From: an uncultured Melioribacter sp.
GTDB taxonomy: Bacteria > Bacteroidota > Ignavibacteria > Kapaibacteriales > Kapaibacteriaceae
Assembly: GCA_964465685.1 (NCBI GenBank)
Contig: CAYXKK010000011.1
Location: 3,356 to 67,355, forward strand
Direction: 5' to 3'
Length of the DNA stretch: 64,000 nt
This document shows, in pieces, positions 1 through 10,172 of this stretch (positions are counted from its first letter, which is position 1; each line of letters begins with the position of its first letter). Position numbers and translations under genes: made by a program. The notes under the pieces were generated by a model. It saw only the letters and a program-made list of their open reading frames with translations, made no database searches and was not told the origin of the DNA.

Positions 1-871
1 CTGTGTACTTGCCGGCATCTTGCTTGTAGAAGTAGGTCTTGCCCTTTGTGTAATCACCAGCAACATCAGCTACGAACTTTGTGAGGATCGAACGACCAGC
101 TGCACCGTCTTCAAAGAGGAAGATCGTCTTACCGTCAGGCATCACTTGACCACCCTCGAAGCCTTGACGACCCCAGTTGTAGTACTTGCGAACTGCTTTT
201 GCTGTCTTTGGATCAATCTCAACCATCCAGTTCAGGTTCTGGAAGCGCTTGATTGTCTTACCATCGAGACCTGGGAAACCAGATGGCTGCTTTGAACCGA
301 TGACGAAGTCAGATGTATCACGGAAGCCCTTACCATCTGCGTTGATTCCCTTGTTTGAGCTTTGATACCATTCTTCAGCCGTCCATACGCGACCGAATCC
401 AGACATACCAGCGCAGTTCATGCCTGTCTCGCCGACTGTGTTCTTGAAGTCGACGTTGAAGAACTTACCCTTGCGGCCATCGGCAAGTGTTTGATCAAGT
501 ACTTCGAGTGTACCGTCTGCCTTCTTGCCGAGCTTGAACATTGTCATACCACCACCGTCACCAATCTTGTCGTTGGCTTCGATCATTTCGTGGTTAACAA
601 TGACATATCCGAGCGACGAACCTGTTTCATCAGCTGCATAGCCGATATAGTCGTGCCACTGCTTGGCAGCTGAACGACCCATCTCTGTTTCAACGCTATC
701 AACACCACCAACGAAGATGTTCTGATACTTCAGTGGTGATGGTGGCACAACGACGCGACCCTGGAGGTACGGGATCATTGTGACTGGCTCGATGCGCACA
801 GGAAAATCTTGTGCTGTCATCGCGCCGCTGGCAGCAATAGCTGCTGCTGCAAAGAGACCCAACATTTTCAT
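1..871 (-). CDS. PhoX/DUF839-family alkaline phosphatase, secreted (3' end runs off the window)
   Basis: Translated by hand; absent from the ORF track because it has no stop in the window. Reads MKMLGLFAAAAIAASGAMTAQ...VNHE...MNCAG...WTAEEW...WMVEIDP...WGRQGFEG, matching PhoX/DUF839 motifs. Confidence 0.75.
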   Translation of the reverse strand, partial: MKMLGLFAAAAIAASGAMTAQDFPVRIEPVTMIPYLQGRVVVPPSPLKYQNIFVGGVDSVETEMGRSAAKQWHDYIGYAADETGSSLGYVIVNHEMIEANDKIGDGGGMTMFKLGKKADGTLEVLDQTLADGRKGKFFNVDFKNTVGETGMNCAGMSGFGRVWTAEEWYQSSNKGINADGKGFRDTSDFVIGSKQPSGFPGLDGKTIKRFQNLNWMVEIDPKTAKAVRKYYNWGRQGFEGGQVMPDGKTIFLFEDGAAGRSILTKFVADVAGDYTKGKTYFYKQDAGKYT

Positions 872-1039
872 AGAAATGCTCCGTAAACGATAAAGGTGAC
901 GAATGTCGATTTGAAGACATGCGAACCTATCGTTGGAACATCACGGGAGCGTTAGCTGCGTGTGATCTATCGATCAATACGTGTAATCTCAACGTAATGG
1001 TCAGGCAATACTATCCCAGAATGACCGTCATGAGAGGCC

Positions 1040-1483
1040 GTGCAGTCGCTCATTGCCTACATACTGTTATTGCAAATCATCGGTATATCACTGAACTCGC
1101 CTGAGTTCGGCACGACTACTGTTGCACATCTACAAAGCCCCCTTCATCAAGGCATGAGTGCCGTTGATTATCTCGATGATCTTGGTCTTGAAATGCGATC
1201 ATCAGAGGACGATGATAGTCAAGAAGAAGAAACGACTCCACTAACGTCATCTTTCGTACTGTATCATGTCACTTGGCCAGGGCTCATCCATGCGCCATCA
1301 TTCAGGTACAGTCGTCTTGCACCGACTGCAGACATAGCAGCAGGAGACGTTGACATAGCCATCGGTACTCCTCCACCTCGACGTTGCTCCGCCACGGTGT
1401 CGACGTTGTTTCACTTGGAGGATTCATGCCAAAACCATTCGGGCGTATCCTGGTCTGCTTATGCGTATCACTGCATGTCCTAG
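1040..1483 (+). CDS. Hypothetical small protein with hydrophobic N-terminus, acidic middle and a PPP motif
   Basis: GTG-start ORF with a signal-like N-terminus; overlaps the next gene by 58 bp. Confidence 0.35.
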   Translation: MQSLIAYILLLQIIGISLNSPEFGTTTVAHLQSPLHQGMSAVDYLDDLGLEMRSSEDDDSQEEETTPLTSSFVLYHVTWPGLIHAPSFRYSRLAPTADIAAGDVDIAIGTPPPRRCSATVSTLFHLEDSCQNHSGVSWSAYAYHCMS

Positions 1484-2289
1484 GTATATACGCACAGCAA
1501 CCTACAGATAACGATCAGCTAGATTCACTTTTCATTCGCGAGATAGAAGACACTCGAGACCCAGACAAGGTTCTGCACGCCGAGCCTTTGTACATCGATT
1601 TGATTCGCGATCTCGGCGCACGCCGAGGGGAGGCCGAGTGGAATGCAGCAATCGAATTGGCCGATCAGTTCACAACTGATCGGTACGGTGCTCTGATTGA
1701 GTATGAATGGGCGCCTATCGACCGTCTGGGGCTCGAGATTGAGCTGCCTATTTCACTATATCCGCGCGGTCGTACACTCGCTGCAGATCTCGAAGATGGT
1801 CTGCGACTCGAGAGTTTGAAGCTCGCCGCGCAGTGGACGTTTCTTGTACATCAGGCAAGTGCGCTCTCTATGGCTGTGGGGTACATCAACGAGTTAGAAT
1901 TCGGCTCGCTTCGCCCGACATTGCGCGATCGCGCTGTACGTGGAAACATCTTCAATCCGTTCTTCATAGCCGCGAAACGTTGGGGTGAGAATTTTCACAC
2001 CCTCTTGTACACGGGTCCGCGAGTGAGTTATCATTTCGATACCGGTAACGCAACCTCTTCGATGCACGCGAACCTCAGTCTGCATTACATGATCACGGGC
2101 ACTCGGAACTTCATCGGGCTCGAGACCAATGCTCGGTACGGTCGAGAGCGACAGATTGTGTTTCGTCCACAAATGCGTGTTGGACTCGCAGAGAATGTGC
2201 TTGTCGGTATTGGAGTCGGCATTCCGATTGATCGTGGTCAGGAACGTCTGAGCATGTTCATTCGACTGATCTGGGAGCCCCATTCATGA
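1426..2289 (+). CDS. HAEPLYID-family protein (probable outer-membrane beta-barrel)
   Basis: KVLHAEPLYIDLIRDLGA signature; GGAGG upstream of ATG 1426; signal peptide ending YAQ. Confidence 0.8.
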   Translation: MPKPFGRILVCLCVSLHVLGIYAQQPTDNDQLDSLFIREIEDTRDPDKVLHAEPLYIDLIRDLGARRGEAEWNAAIELADQFTTDRYGALIEYEWAPIDRLGLEIELPISLYPRGRTLAADLEDGLRLESLKLAAQWTFLVHQASALSMAVGYINELEFGSLRPTLRDRAVRGNIFNPFFIAAKRWGENFHTLLYTGPRVSYHFDTGNATSSMHANLSLHYMITGTRNFIGLETNARYGRERQIVFRPQMRVGLAENVLVGIGVGIPIDRGQERLSMFIRLIWEPHS

Positions 2290-2301
2290 CATCGGCATTT
2301 A

Positions 2302-3408
2302 TCAAAACGCTTCGTTGAATCCTAGGTAGAACTGCGGCACACCGCGAGCTACTCCAACGTCGAACCGCAATGAGATGCGCTCCTCGGGTACGAGAAGAAA
2401 TCGAATACCTGCACCCCAACTGATCCACAGTTGATTGAGTGCTATCGACGACGTTGTCGACGCAACCTGACCAGCATCAGCGAACGCTGCGCCGCGGAAG
2501 CGCCATACAATGGGGAAGCGTACCTCTGCTCCGGCGAGCATGGATATGCGATCGCGTTGCTGCGCGTCTATGATGCCGCGCATGTTATTCGAGCCACCGA
2601 TACTCGGCAGCTGGAGAAACGGTGGTGCGCCTGTTGATGATTGGACAAGCACACGTCCCGCGACCGATACATCGCTGAACACCAATGCGTATGCTCGTGC
2701 ATCAAGCGTTGTAACAACCGAAGTGAAGCTGCTGCCAAGCAGTGCGCCATAGGCCACTATATGCGTTTCGGCAAACACCCCAGCTCGTGCATCGAAGTTG
2801 TTGTCGCGAGTGTCGTACGATACTTGCGGTCCGATGCCGTTATACCAGCCCCCTTCCGCGCCAACTACCTCGCCACGTCCGAGTGGACCCACGGTTCCAT
2901 CACTACGTTGCTCGACCGAGCGAATGTGATCGTATCGAATATCGAGGTGGATCCCTGCGCTGAGCCCATGCTGTACGCGCGTACCACTGAGGGCATAGAG
3001 TGCACGCAGCTCTAGCTTAGCCCCGTGTGGTGTGTAGAGCTCTGCATCCTCGGAGGGATTATTGTTGCCGATACCGAAGAAGTTGTACGGATACAAATGC
3101 CACTCGATAGCCCCTTCGATGCGCATCCGATTGTTGTCGAGATAGATCTCAGGATAGAGTCCGATGGCAAACTGTTTCCTGAGTGTACCCTGCGCAGCTA
3201 TTGCTAGCGACGACGGACGATAGCTTGCGTCGGCAGTATCGCGATAGGTCACGAACGCTGTGAGTGCAGCCAACCAACTGGTTTCTGGTGTGTACGCCGG
3301 AATAGGTACAAACGACCAGTCGAGTCCAGTTTGGAGTGAGTCTTCTTGAGCATAAAGCTGCAAGTACGCAAACAACATGACGACAACTATTCGTGCTCGC
3401 AACTGCAT
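2302..3408 (-). CDS. BamA/TamA (Omp85) family beta-barrel protein without POTRA domains
   Basis: YDTRDN, GGSNNMRG, FADAG and GAGIRF motifs; C-terminal FNEAF; signal peptide ending YAQ. Confidence 0.8.
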   Translation of the reverse strand: MQLRARIVVVMLFAYLQLYAQEDSLQTGLDWSFVPIPAYTPETSWLAALTAFVTYRDTADASYRPSSLAIAAQGTLRKQFAIGLYPEIYLDNNRMRIEGAIEWHLYPYNFFGIGNNNPSEDAELYTPHGAKLELRALYALSGTRVQHGLSAGIHLDIRYDHIRSVEQRSDGTVGPLGRGEVVGAEGGWYNGIGPQVSYDTRDNNFDARAGVFAETHIVAYGALLGSSFTSVVTTLDARAYALVFSDVSVAGRVLVQSSTGAPPFLQLPSIGGSNNMRGIIDAQQRDRISMLAGAEVRFPIVWRFRGAAFADAGQVASTTSSIALNQLWISWGAGIRFLLVPEERISLRFDVGVARGVPQFYLGFNEAF

Positions 3409-4025
3409 TGATGTCCTTTCGCCTTTGCGAAGCACTCGCGTCCCTCTGAAATACTGAACCAGATAATCGCAATAGCTCCGATTGCATCGGCGTATGCGAA
3501 GGATGTAAGCTCGTAGATGCCCGACGAGATGAGTACAGCTATGCTCATGTAGATGCACACGAGCGTGCAATTCGCATCCGCAAGAATCGGTGCACTCTTC
3601 AATGCGGTACCCACACGACGTTTTGCTGCTACAAGAGCAGTCATTGTTATGATCGAGACAGAAGAGATCACCACGCCCCAGAACGTCGACTCCGGAGCTT
3701 TGTGCTCAACAACATTGAGCACAACAGTCGCAGCAAGCATGGCAGACAGTCCATAAAATGCCCATCCCGTGATGCGTAGCGCTTGTTTTTCGAACTCAGT
3801 CTGCTCACTCACCGTCACCGCTTCAGCACTATGAGCGATGCGACGTATCATTACGAACACACCAACACCAGAGATCGACTCAATGAAGCTGTCGATACCG
3901 AATCCAAAGAGGGCTAGTGTTTCATCACTATATCCCATCGCTGTGGATACGATTCCCTCAACAATGTTGTAGATGATAGTCACCAGCGCGAGGAGCTGGG
4001 CACGACGATAAAGATGCTTCACCAC
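3387..4025 (-). CDS. Cation efflux (CDF-like) membrane transporter
   Basis: YNIVEG, FGIDSFIES, ILADA and DAIGA motifs; about 6 hydrophobic helices; Cys/His tail. Confidence 0.75.
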   Translation of the reverse strand: MVKHLYRRAQLLALVTIIYNIVEGIVSTAMGYSDETLALFGFGIDSFIESISGVGVFVMIRRIAHSAEAVTVSEQTEFEKQALRITGWAFYGLSAMLAATVVLNVVEHKAPESTFWGVVISSVSIITMTALVAAKRRVGTALKSAPILADANCTLVCIYMSIAVLISSGIYELTSFAYADAIGAIAIIWFSISEGRECFAKAKGHQCSCEHE

Positions 4026-4436
4026 ACCACCTGATACTGAAGTGCTACTTGGGTTCTGCGGAGTACGTTAAGAACCAATGATACCTCATTGCCACATGAC
4101 TCGGGGAGTCTGGCGACAATCATCAACGATTGCAACTGGACATGAAGTACGTCGTACAACGAGGCAACGTGCTCTGACAGATCAGGAAGATATGAAGGTC
4201 TGCATAATCACCCCAGGTAGGACTGCTGCGTAGCTTGTACTTTGCGAGTCTGCGTGAGTCCGATCTTTACGGAAGAGAGCCTGAGTGTCTGCTGACTAGC
4301 GGAATCTCCGGATTGTGTTCGGGCAATACGAATGTGGAGCATACACCAATGAACAACAGTGTGCGTCTTGGATGTGCCTCATTCAACAAGTGGTCTAATC
4401 CCGGGGACTGGTTCGCTTACAACAAGGAGAAACATT

Positions 4437-4913
4437 ATGACTCACAATATCACAAGCATCGGACTCGATGCGAAGCACTCAGCTCAACTTGTACACGAAC
4501 TCAATCGTTTGCTCGCTAATTACTCAGTGTTCTATATGAATGTTCGCGGCTTTCACTGGAACATTCGTGGTGAGCGTTTCTTTGAGCTTCACCTCAAGTT
4601 CGAGGAGCTGTACAATGACCTGCAGCTCAAGATCGATGAGGTAGCGGAACGCATTCTCACGTTAGGTGGCATTCCAGATCATTCGTATACGACATACCAC
4701 AATCACGCATCAATTGAAGGAGTGATGAACGTCGCGGACGGCAGAACAGCTGTGCGGGCAGTGGTTACATCGCTCACTGAGCTGATTGTTATGCAGCGTT
4801 CACTGATGAAGACTGCCTCTGAGGCGGATGATGAGGGCACAAGTGCTTTAATGAGTGATTACATTCGACAACAAGAGAAAATGTCGTGGATGTACGGAGC
4901 ATACCTCGGATGA
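4437..4913 (+). CDS. dps: Dps family DNA starvation/stationary phase protection protein
   Basis: FHWNIRG, FFELHLKFEELY and DEVAERI motifs; AAGGAG RBS. Confidence 0.93.
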   Translation: MTHNITSIGLDAKHSAQLVHELNRLLANYSVFYMNVRGFHWNIRGERFFELHLKFEELYNDLQLKIDEVAERILTLGGIPDHSYTTYHNHASIEGVMNVADGRTAVRAVVTSLTELIVMQRSLMKTASEADDEGTSALMSDYIRQQEKMSWMYGAYLG

Positions 4914-5809
4914 TCACGATTATCGGCGCAGGTTCGCGCCTTGCTTCAGCACTTCTTCCGGTGCTTCTCGAAGAGACTGATGAACAGCTCCACTGTGTTA
5001 CGTCACGCGAGTTGTCACTACAGCATCCACGTGTTACAGTTGACGTACTCGACGTAACTGATAAGGCGGCGCTCAAGGAATCGGTGATGCGAGCGATGCC
5101 GTCGACGATCATCAACTGTGCGGCAATTACAAATGTTGATGCATGCGAGACCGACCGACAACTTGCGTGGGCGATCAATGTGACGCTCGTTGAGAATCTT
5201 GCACGCTTGGCGCGTATCGTCGACGCACATCTTGTGCATGTATCAACCGACTACGTGTTTGACGGTACGAAGGGTCCGTACACGGAACAGGCCATACCGA
5301 ACCCCATTAACTACTACGGCAAGAGTAAACTGGCCGGTGAGAATGTCTGCACCAGTGGAACGTCGCACTCGTCAATTGTCCGCACCTGCCTTGTCTACGG
5401 TCCGCCAAGCGACCGACCTGATTTCGTTCAGTGGGTTATCAACGCGTGCTCCTCGAAGACACCAATACGCGTGGTAAACGATCAGTTTGCTCAGCCAACC
5501 TACGTCGAGGACATCGCAGAGGCGATTCTTCGCATTACTGTGCGTAAGCGAACAGGGTTGTACCATGTAGCCGGGCCCGACTTCATGAGTAGGTTCGATA
5601 TGGCGCAGCGCATTGCGGAATTCTTTAAGGTTGACGGATCAATGATTCAGCCCGTCACCTCGGTCGAGCTACAACAGCCAGCGCGACGTCCGCATCGCAG
5701 CGGACTCATTGCGCTGAAGGCAGAGACAGACTTGCTCATGCGCATGCGCGACTTCACGCAGGGCTTGTCATCTGTGCGACATGCCATGTTCGCACCCGAT
5801 CGCACATAA
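4910..5809 (+). CDS. rfbD: dTDP-4-dehydrorhamnose reductase family SDR
   Basis: NCAA.TNVD.CE, STDYVFDG, YGKSKLAGE and NDQ motifs; ATGA overlap with dps. Confidence 0.85.
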   Translation: MITIIGAGSRLASALLPVLLEETDEQLHCVTSRELSLQHPRVTVDVLDVTDKAALKESVMRAMPSTIINCAAITNVDACETDRQLAWAINVTLVENLARLARIVDAHLVHVSTDYVFDGTKGPYTEQAIPNPINYYGKSKLAGENVCTSGTSHSSIVRTCLVYGPPSDRPDFVQWVINACSSKTPIRVVNDQFAQPTYVEDIAEAILRITVRKRTGLYHVAGPDFMSRFDMAQRIAEFFKVDGSMIQPVTSVELQQPARRPHRSGLIALKAETDLLMRMRDFTQGLSSVRHAMFAPDRT

Positions 5810-5812
5810 CGC

Positions 5813-7351
5813 TCACGCATTCCAAAAGGGGCGATCCAAATTCCGATACTGTATCGCCTCGGCAATGTGCTCCACACTAATGTCGGTGCTCGCGTCAAGA
5901 TCAGCGATCGTGCGCGACACCTTACAGATCCGATCAAACGCACGTGCGGAAAGATGCAGTCGCTGCATGGCCGCTGTAAGCACAGCGCGTGCACGCTCCG
6001 ACATCACGCAGTATCGCTCGATGTCCTTCGCAGACATGTCTGCGTTCTTGTACACGCCTTCGCTCGCAACAAAGCGTTCTGCTTGTCGAACGCGCGCAGC
6101 AATTACACGAGCACGCACCTGTTCGGATGATTCACCTGCTGGTGCCTGCGCCAGCTGTTCCACATCCACAGCAGGCACGTCAACATGGATGTCGATGCGA
6201 TCAAGAAGTGGTCCGGAGATCTTCGACACATATCGCTGTACGTCATTCGATGTACATCGACACTCCCGACGCTGACTGCCGAAGTTGCCGCACGGACACG
6301 GATTCATCGAACTCACCAGCATGAAGTTCGCCGGAAACTCCACGCTCATGCGCGTCCGTGATAGTCGAATTCGTCGCTCTTCAAGGGGCTGCCGTAGTAC
6401 CTCGAGGACATTCCGTTGGAACTCTGGCACTTCATCCAGAAACAGTACACCATGGTGAGCAAGTGTAATCTCTCCGGCTCTGACCACGCCAACGCCTCCT
6501 CCCACAAGTGCCGCATTGCTGATCGTGTGATGCGGTGCGCGAAAGGGGCGTTGCGTGACCATAGGCTGGCCGGGGGGAAGCAGTCCAGCCACAGAGTGAA
6601 TCGTTGTCGTCTCTAGTGCCTCATCAAGTGTGAGTGGTGGGAGTATCGTCGCGAGTCGCTTCGCCAGCATCGTCTTTCCCGCACCTGGCGGTCCAACCAT
6701 GATCAGGTTATGTCCGCCCGCTGCCGCGACTTCGAGTGCTCGCTTCACACCTTGCTGACCCTTAACATCCGCCATGTCAACACGATGTCTCAGTGTTGCT
6801 TGCGCAAACACCTCATCGACATCGCATACAGAGGGGGCGAGCACATGCACCCCCGTGATGTGGTCAATTGCCTCCTGAAGGGTTCGCACACCAACCACAT
6901 TTGTCCCTTGCTTGATAGAGGCCTCTTCGGCATTGCGCGCCGGCACGATGAATCGCTGTCGAGCCCCCTTCATCATCACCATTGGCAGTACGCCATGCGT
7001 TGGACGTATACTACCATCAAATGCTAACTCACCCAGCAGACATGTTGTTTCGAGATCACGTGCGGTGATCATCTCCATCGCATGAATGATGCCGATAGCA
7101 ATCGGTAGGTCGAACGCGCTTCCCTCTTTGCGGATATCCGCGGGAGCAAGGTTCACGGTGATGCGTCGAGGCTCCCATCCATAACCAGCCTGATGAAGCG
7201 CGGCTGTGACACGCTCCTTGGATTCGCGTACGGCATTGTCTGGGAGCCCCACGATCTGAAACGACGGCAAACCCGTCTCGACGGTGATTTCGATCTCGAC
7301 GCCGAATGCGCCGATTCCTAGGACAGATGCTGAGTGCGTTTTCGCATACAT
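5813..7351 (-). CDS. comM: YifB/ComM Mg-chelatase-like AAA ATPase
   Basis: GLPDNAVRESKERV, GPPGAGKT, RPFRAPHH, LFLDE, NPCPCG and SGPLLDRID motifs. Confidence 0.93.
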   Translation of the reverse strand: MYAKTHSASVLGIGAFGVEIEITVETGLPSFQIVGLPDNAVRESKERVTAALHQAGYGWEPRRITVNLAPADIRKEGSAFDLPIAIGIIHAMEMITARDLETTCLLGELAFDGSIRPTHGVLPMVMMKGARQRFIVPARNAEEASIKQGTNVVGVRTLQEAIDHITGVHVLAPSVCDVDEVFAQATLRHRVDMADVKGQQGVKRALEVAAAGGHNLIMVGPPGAGKTMLAKRLATILPPLTLDEALETTTIHSVAGLLPPGQPMVTQRPFRAPHHTISNAALVGGGVGVVRAGEITLAHHGVLFLDEVPEFQRNVLEVLRQPLEERRIRLSRTRMSVEFPANFMLVSSMNPCPCGNFGSQRRECRCTSNDVQRYVSKISGPLLDRIDIHVDVPAVDVEQLAQAPAGESSEQVRARVIAARVRQAERFVASEGVYKNADMSAKDIERYCVMSERARAVLTAAMQRLHLSARAFDRICKVSRTIADLDASTDISVEHIAEAIQYRNLDRPFWNA

Positions 7352-7410
7352 ATACCGCGCTCCGATGAGTGTACCATCACGAGCATCGTGCGCAGGTGAA
7401 CGTGACACCG

Positions 7411-7418
7411 TAGCTTTG
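7411..7418 (+). promoter_or_regulatory. Bacteroidota-type -7 promoter element (TAGCTTTG), 4 nt before the rnhA ATG
   Basis: Exact match to TAnnTTTG in a divergent intergenic gap. Confidence 0.55.
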
Positions 7419-7422
7419 CACC

Positions 7423-8067
7423 ATGGCGCAAGCGAAGAAACCGAAATGGTATGTGGTATGGACTGGGCACGTACCAGGTGTGTATACGTCGTGGGATGTT
7501 GCGCAGCGACAGATTTCTGGCTTCCCAAAAGCACAATACAAGTCGTACGAGTCATCCGAAGAAGCCCAACAGGCCTTCGCTGAGGGTCCGATCGACCTTA
7601 TTTCGGCCACTTCCCGTAAGCCTGGACAACGAGCACCAAAGCCTACGCACGATCGCAGCGCTGTCGTTCTACCGAGCATCTCCGTTGATGCGGCGTGCAA
7701 CATGACCACCGGGGTGATGGAGTATCGTGGTGTGGATACCGAGACCGAAGCTGAGTTCTTCCGAATGGGACCGTACGAAGATTGCTCGAACAACATGGGT
7801 GAGTTTCTCGCGATCGTCCATGCACTAGCACACTGCAAGAAGCATGGCATCACGCTGCCGATTTATTCAGACTCGCGCACAGCGATTGCATGGGTGCGAA
7901 ACCGTCATGCAAAGACAACCGTCGAGCGCACACGTGGGAATGCCCCCGTGTTCGAACTCATACGTCGTGCCGAGGAGTGGCTGTGCTCCAATTCGTTTGT
8001 AAATCATGTTCTCAAATGGGAAACAGAGCTCTGGGGCGAGAACCCAGCAGACTTTGGAAGGAAGTAA
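7423..8067 (+). CDS. rnhA: Ribonuclease HI with N-terminal hybrid-binding (viroplasmin-like) domain
   Basis: WYVVWTGHVPGVYTSW N-domain; SVDAAC, NNMGEFLAIVHAL, IYSDS and WGENPADFGRK motifs. Confidence 0.9.
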   Translation: MAQAKKPKWYVVWTGHVPGVYTSWDVAQRQISGFPKAQYKSYESSEEAQQAFAEGPIDLISATSRKPGQRAPKPTHDRSAVVLPSISVDAACNMTTGVMEYRGVDTETEAEFFRMGPYEDCSNNMGEFLAIVHALAHCKKHGITLPIYSDSRTAIAWVRNRHAKTTVERTRGNAPVFELIRRAEEWLCSNSFVNHVLKWETELWGENPADFGRK

Positions 8068-8069
8068 TC

Positions 8070-8516
8070 ATGACGATTGATGTCGTTCGGATGGACCATG
8101 CATCAGACCTCCCTCTGCCTGCCTATGCTACAAGCGGCTCCGCTGGTATGGACGTCCATGCTGCTGTTGATGAGCCTACGGTTCTCGCAGCGGGTGCAAT
8201 CATGCTCGTCCCAACGGGTCTGTGCGTGGCGATTCCACAAGGGTTCGAGATCCAAGTGCGTTCTCGCAGTGGTCTTGCCGCTAAGCACGGGGTGTTCGCA
8301 TTGAACGCTCCGGGCACGATCGACAGTGATTATCGCGGCGAGATCAAGGTGATCCTTGCAAACTTCTCGAAGGAAGATGCAATCATCGAACGCGGAATGC
8401 GGATCGCGCAGTTGGTAGTTGCTCGACATGAGCAATGCACGTGGAATGTTGTGTCGGAGCTCTCCGACACGCAACGTGGTGAAGGTGGATTTGGAAGCAC
8501 AGGAGTACACCCATGA
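8070..8516 (+). CDS. dut: dUTP diphosphatase
   Basis: SAGMD, RSRSGLA, GTIDSDYRGE, RIAQ and RGEGGFGSTG motifs. Confidence 0.95.
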   Translation: MTIDVVRMDHASDLPLPAYATSGSAGMDVHAAVDEPTVLAAGAIMLVPTGLCVAIPQGFEIQVRSRSGLAAKHGVFALNAPGTIDSDYRGEIKVILANFSKEDAIIERGMRIAQLVVARHEQCTWNVVSELSDTQRGEGGFGSTGVHP

Positions 8517-8956
8517 ACATCGCACTCGGCGCGGACCACGGAGGGTATGCGTACAAAGAAGCGATCAAGGAAATGTTGATTGCAGACGGACATACTATTC
8601 TCGATGTCGGCACGGATTCAACGGAGTCGGTTGATTATCCCGACTACGGCACGAAGGCAGCACATCTTGTTCGCGACGGACAGGCCGAAGCGGGCGTGTT
8701 GGTGTGTGGCTCCGGCATCGGCATTTCGATCGCAGCGAACAAAGTGCGTTCCATTCGCGCAGCCAACTGCACGAGCATTGAAATGGCACAGTTAGCACGC
8801 ATGCACAACAATGCAAACATGGTTGCCGTTGGCGAACGCCTGATGTCGGTTGATCTTGCACGCGACATCGTACGCGCGTTCTTGTCGACACCGTTCGAAG
8901 GTGGACGTCACGAACGCCGCGTCGAAAAGATAGACGCACTGGGAGATGTTCAATGA
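8513..8956 (+). CDS. rpiB: Ribose 5-phosphate isomerase B
   Basis: GADHGG, VDYPDY, CGSGIG, ANK, HNNAN and FEGGRHERR motifs. Confidence 0.95.
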   Translation: MNIALGADHGGYAYKEAIKEMLIADGHTILDVGTDSTESVDYPDYGTKAAHLVRDGQAEAGVLVCGSGIGISIAANKVRSIRAANCTSIEMAQLARMHNNANMVAVGERLMSVDLARDIVRAFLSTPFEGGRHERRVEKIDALGDVQ

Positions 8957-9684
8957 GTGCGTTTGCTCTCGTTGTCTCGGCGCATCCGGATGATGCAGAG
9001 CTCGCATGCGGTGGCACCATTCGCGCTCTCACGAATCAAGGACACAACGTTGTGCTTGTTGACTGCACACGCGGTGAACTTGGCACACGCGGCACACCGG
9101 AGCTACGAGCCCAAGAAGCGCAGCGTGCTGCGGATTTGCTCGGTGTACACCATCGTGAATGTTTGAACATGACCGATGGTGCGATTGCCCACACGCAGGA
9201 AAACATCCTCACCATTGTCTCAGCTATCCGCGCATGGCGTCCGCACATCGTTCTCATTCCACCACCAGTAGAACGTCATCCAGATCATGTAGCCGTGCAC
9301 CGACTGTGTACGGCTGCTACGTTCACTGCAGGACTCGCAAAGGTGGTGACGTATCGGGATGGTGTAGCACAACAGCCACACCGTCCGAAGCGCACGCTGT
9401 GTTTCCAACAGCAATACGATTTTCCGCGTCTTCCTGATGTGTACGTTGACATCTCGTCGACGTTTGAAGCGAAGATGGAATCGATCCGTGCGTACACGTC
9501 GCAGTTCCACGCGCCGGATACCTACACATCCGACGAGCCGGAGACCTTCATCTCACGTCCGGCATTCTTGATGGAATTGGAGGCACGTGCACGATACTAT
9601 GGTAGTCGTATCGGCACAGACTATGCCGAGGGGTTTCTCGCTGTAGAGCCCCTAGCCGTTGCATCACTTGCGGATTTGCTGTGA
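8953..9684 (+). CDS. bshB1: Bacillithiol biosynthesis deacetylase BshB1 (PIG-L family)
   Basis: AHPDDAEL, TRGELGTRG, RHPDH, SQF and YAEGF motifs. Confidence 0.85.
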   Translation: MSAFALVVSAHPDDAELACGGTIRALTNQGHNVVLVDCTRGELGTRGTPELRAQEAQRAADLLGVHHRECLNMTDGAIAHTQENILTIVSAIRAWRPHIVLIPPPVERHPDHVAVHRLCTAATFTAGLAKVVTYRDGVAQQPHRPKRTLCFQQQYDFPRLPDVYVDISSTFEAKMESIRAYTSQFHAPDTYTSDEPETFISRPAFLMELEARARYYGSRIGTDYAEGFLAVEPLAVASLADLL

Positions 9685-10128
9685 TTAGTTCGCCTCGCCG
9701 AGGCGAATACGCAGAGCTTCGAGGTGTTCGCGTTTTACGCGTGCAACGTCGGTAGCGGTGATCTTGACGGACCGCTTGCCGATAACGCGCAGCACGTACA
9801 TCGATACTTCCGCAATGTCGGCGTCGCTGTATGGCGCTGGGGGCATGCCCTTACGCACACCCTGTCCGTTCGGAGGTAGAGCGCCCGATGCTCCGAATGC
9901 GATTGTTGTGATCACTGTATCGATACTCATCGACCACAGAGATTTCTGATGAATGGGGAAACGATCATCTCCGCCCTCCCCATCCATGCCGTGACATCGA
10001 TAGCAGTATTCTCGGTACACCGCTGCGCCGCGACTGTTAGGGGGCTCAGGTACTGCATCACCCGAAACAGACCACACCACTGCCGCGATCGCTACCAGAC
10101 CAAGGAACAGTGCAGTGCTCCGAATCAT
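9685..10128 (-). CDS. Monoheme c-type cytochrome
   Basis: CYRCH heme-binding motif, distal GMPP and N-terminal membrane anchor. Confidence 0.8.
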   Translation of the reverse strand: MIRSTALFLGLVAIAAVVWSVSGDAVPEPPNSRGAAVYREYCYRCHGMDGEGGDDRFPIHQKSLWSMSIDTVITTIAFGASGALPPNGQGVRKGMPPAPYSDADIAEVSMYVLRVIGKRSVKITATDVARVKREHLEALRIRLGEAN

Positions 10129-10172
10129 GTTGACCTCGTAAATGATCGCTACAAATTCGGCAATTTCCCCGT

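Noticed and set aside
4026-4436. 410-bp spacer between the cation transporter and dps: possible metal riboswitch or small gene
   Set aside because: Only short hairpins and short unconvincing ORFs; I could not match a known riboswitch consensus by eye (an Infernal/Rfam scan would decide).
7423-8067. Viroplasmin-like domain plus dUTPase as a sign of a virus or retroelement
   Set aside because: This is a known bacterial RNase HI architecture, in an operon with rpiB and bshB1, and no phage genes are nearby.
8953-9684. Bacillithiol gene outside Firmicutes
   Set aside because: bsh genes are already known in the Bacteroidota/Chlorobi lineage, so this is not unusual.
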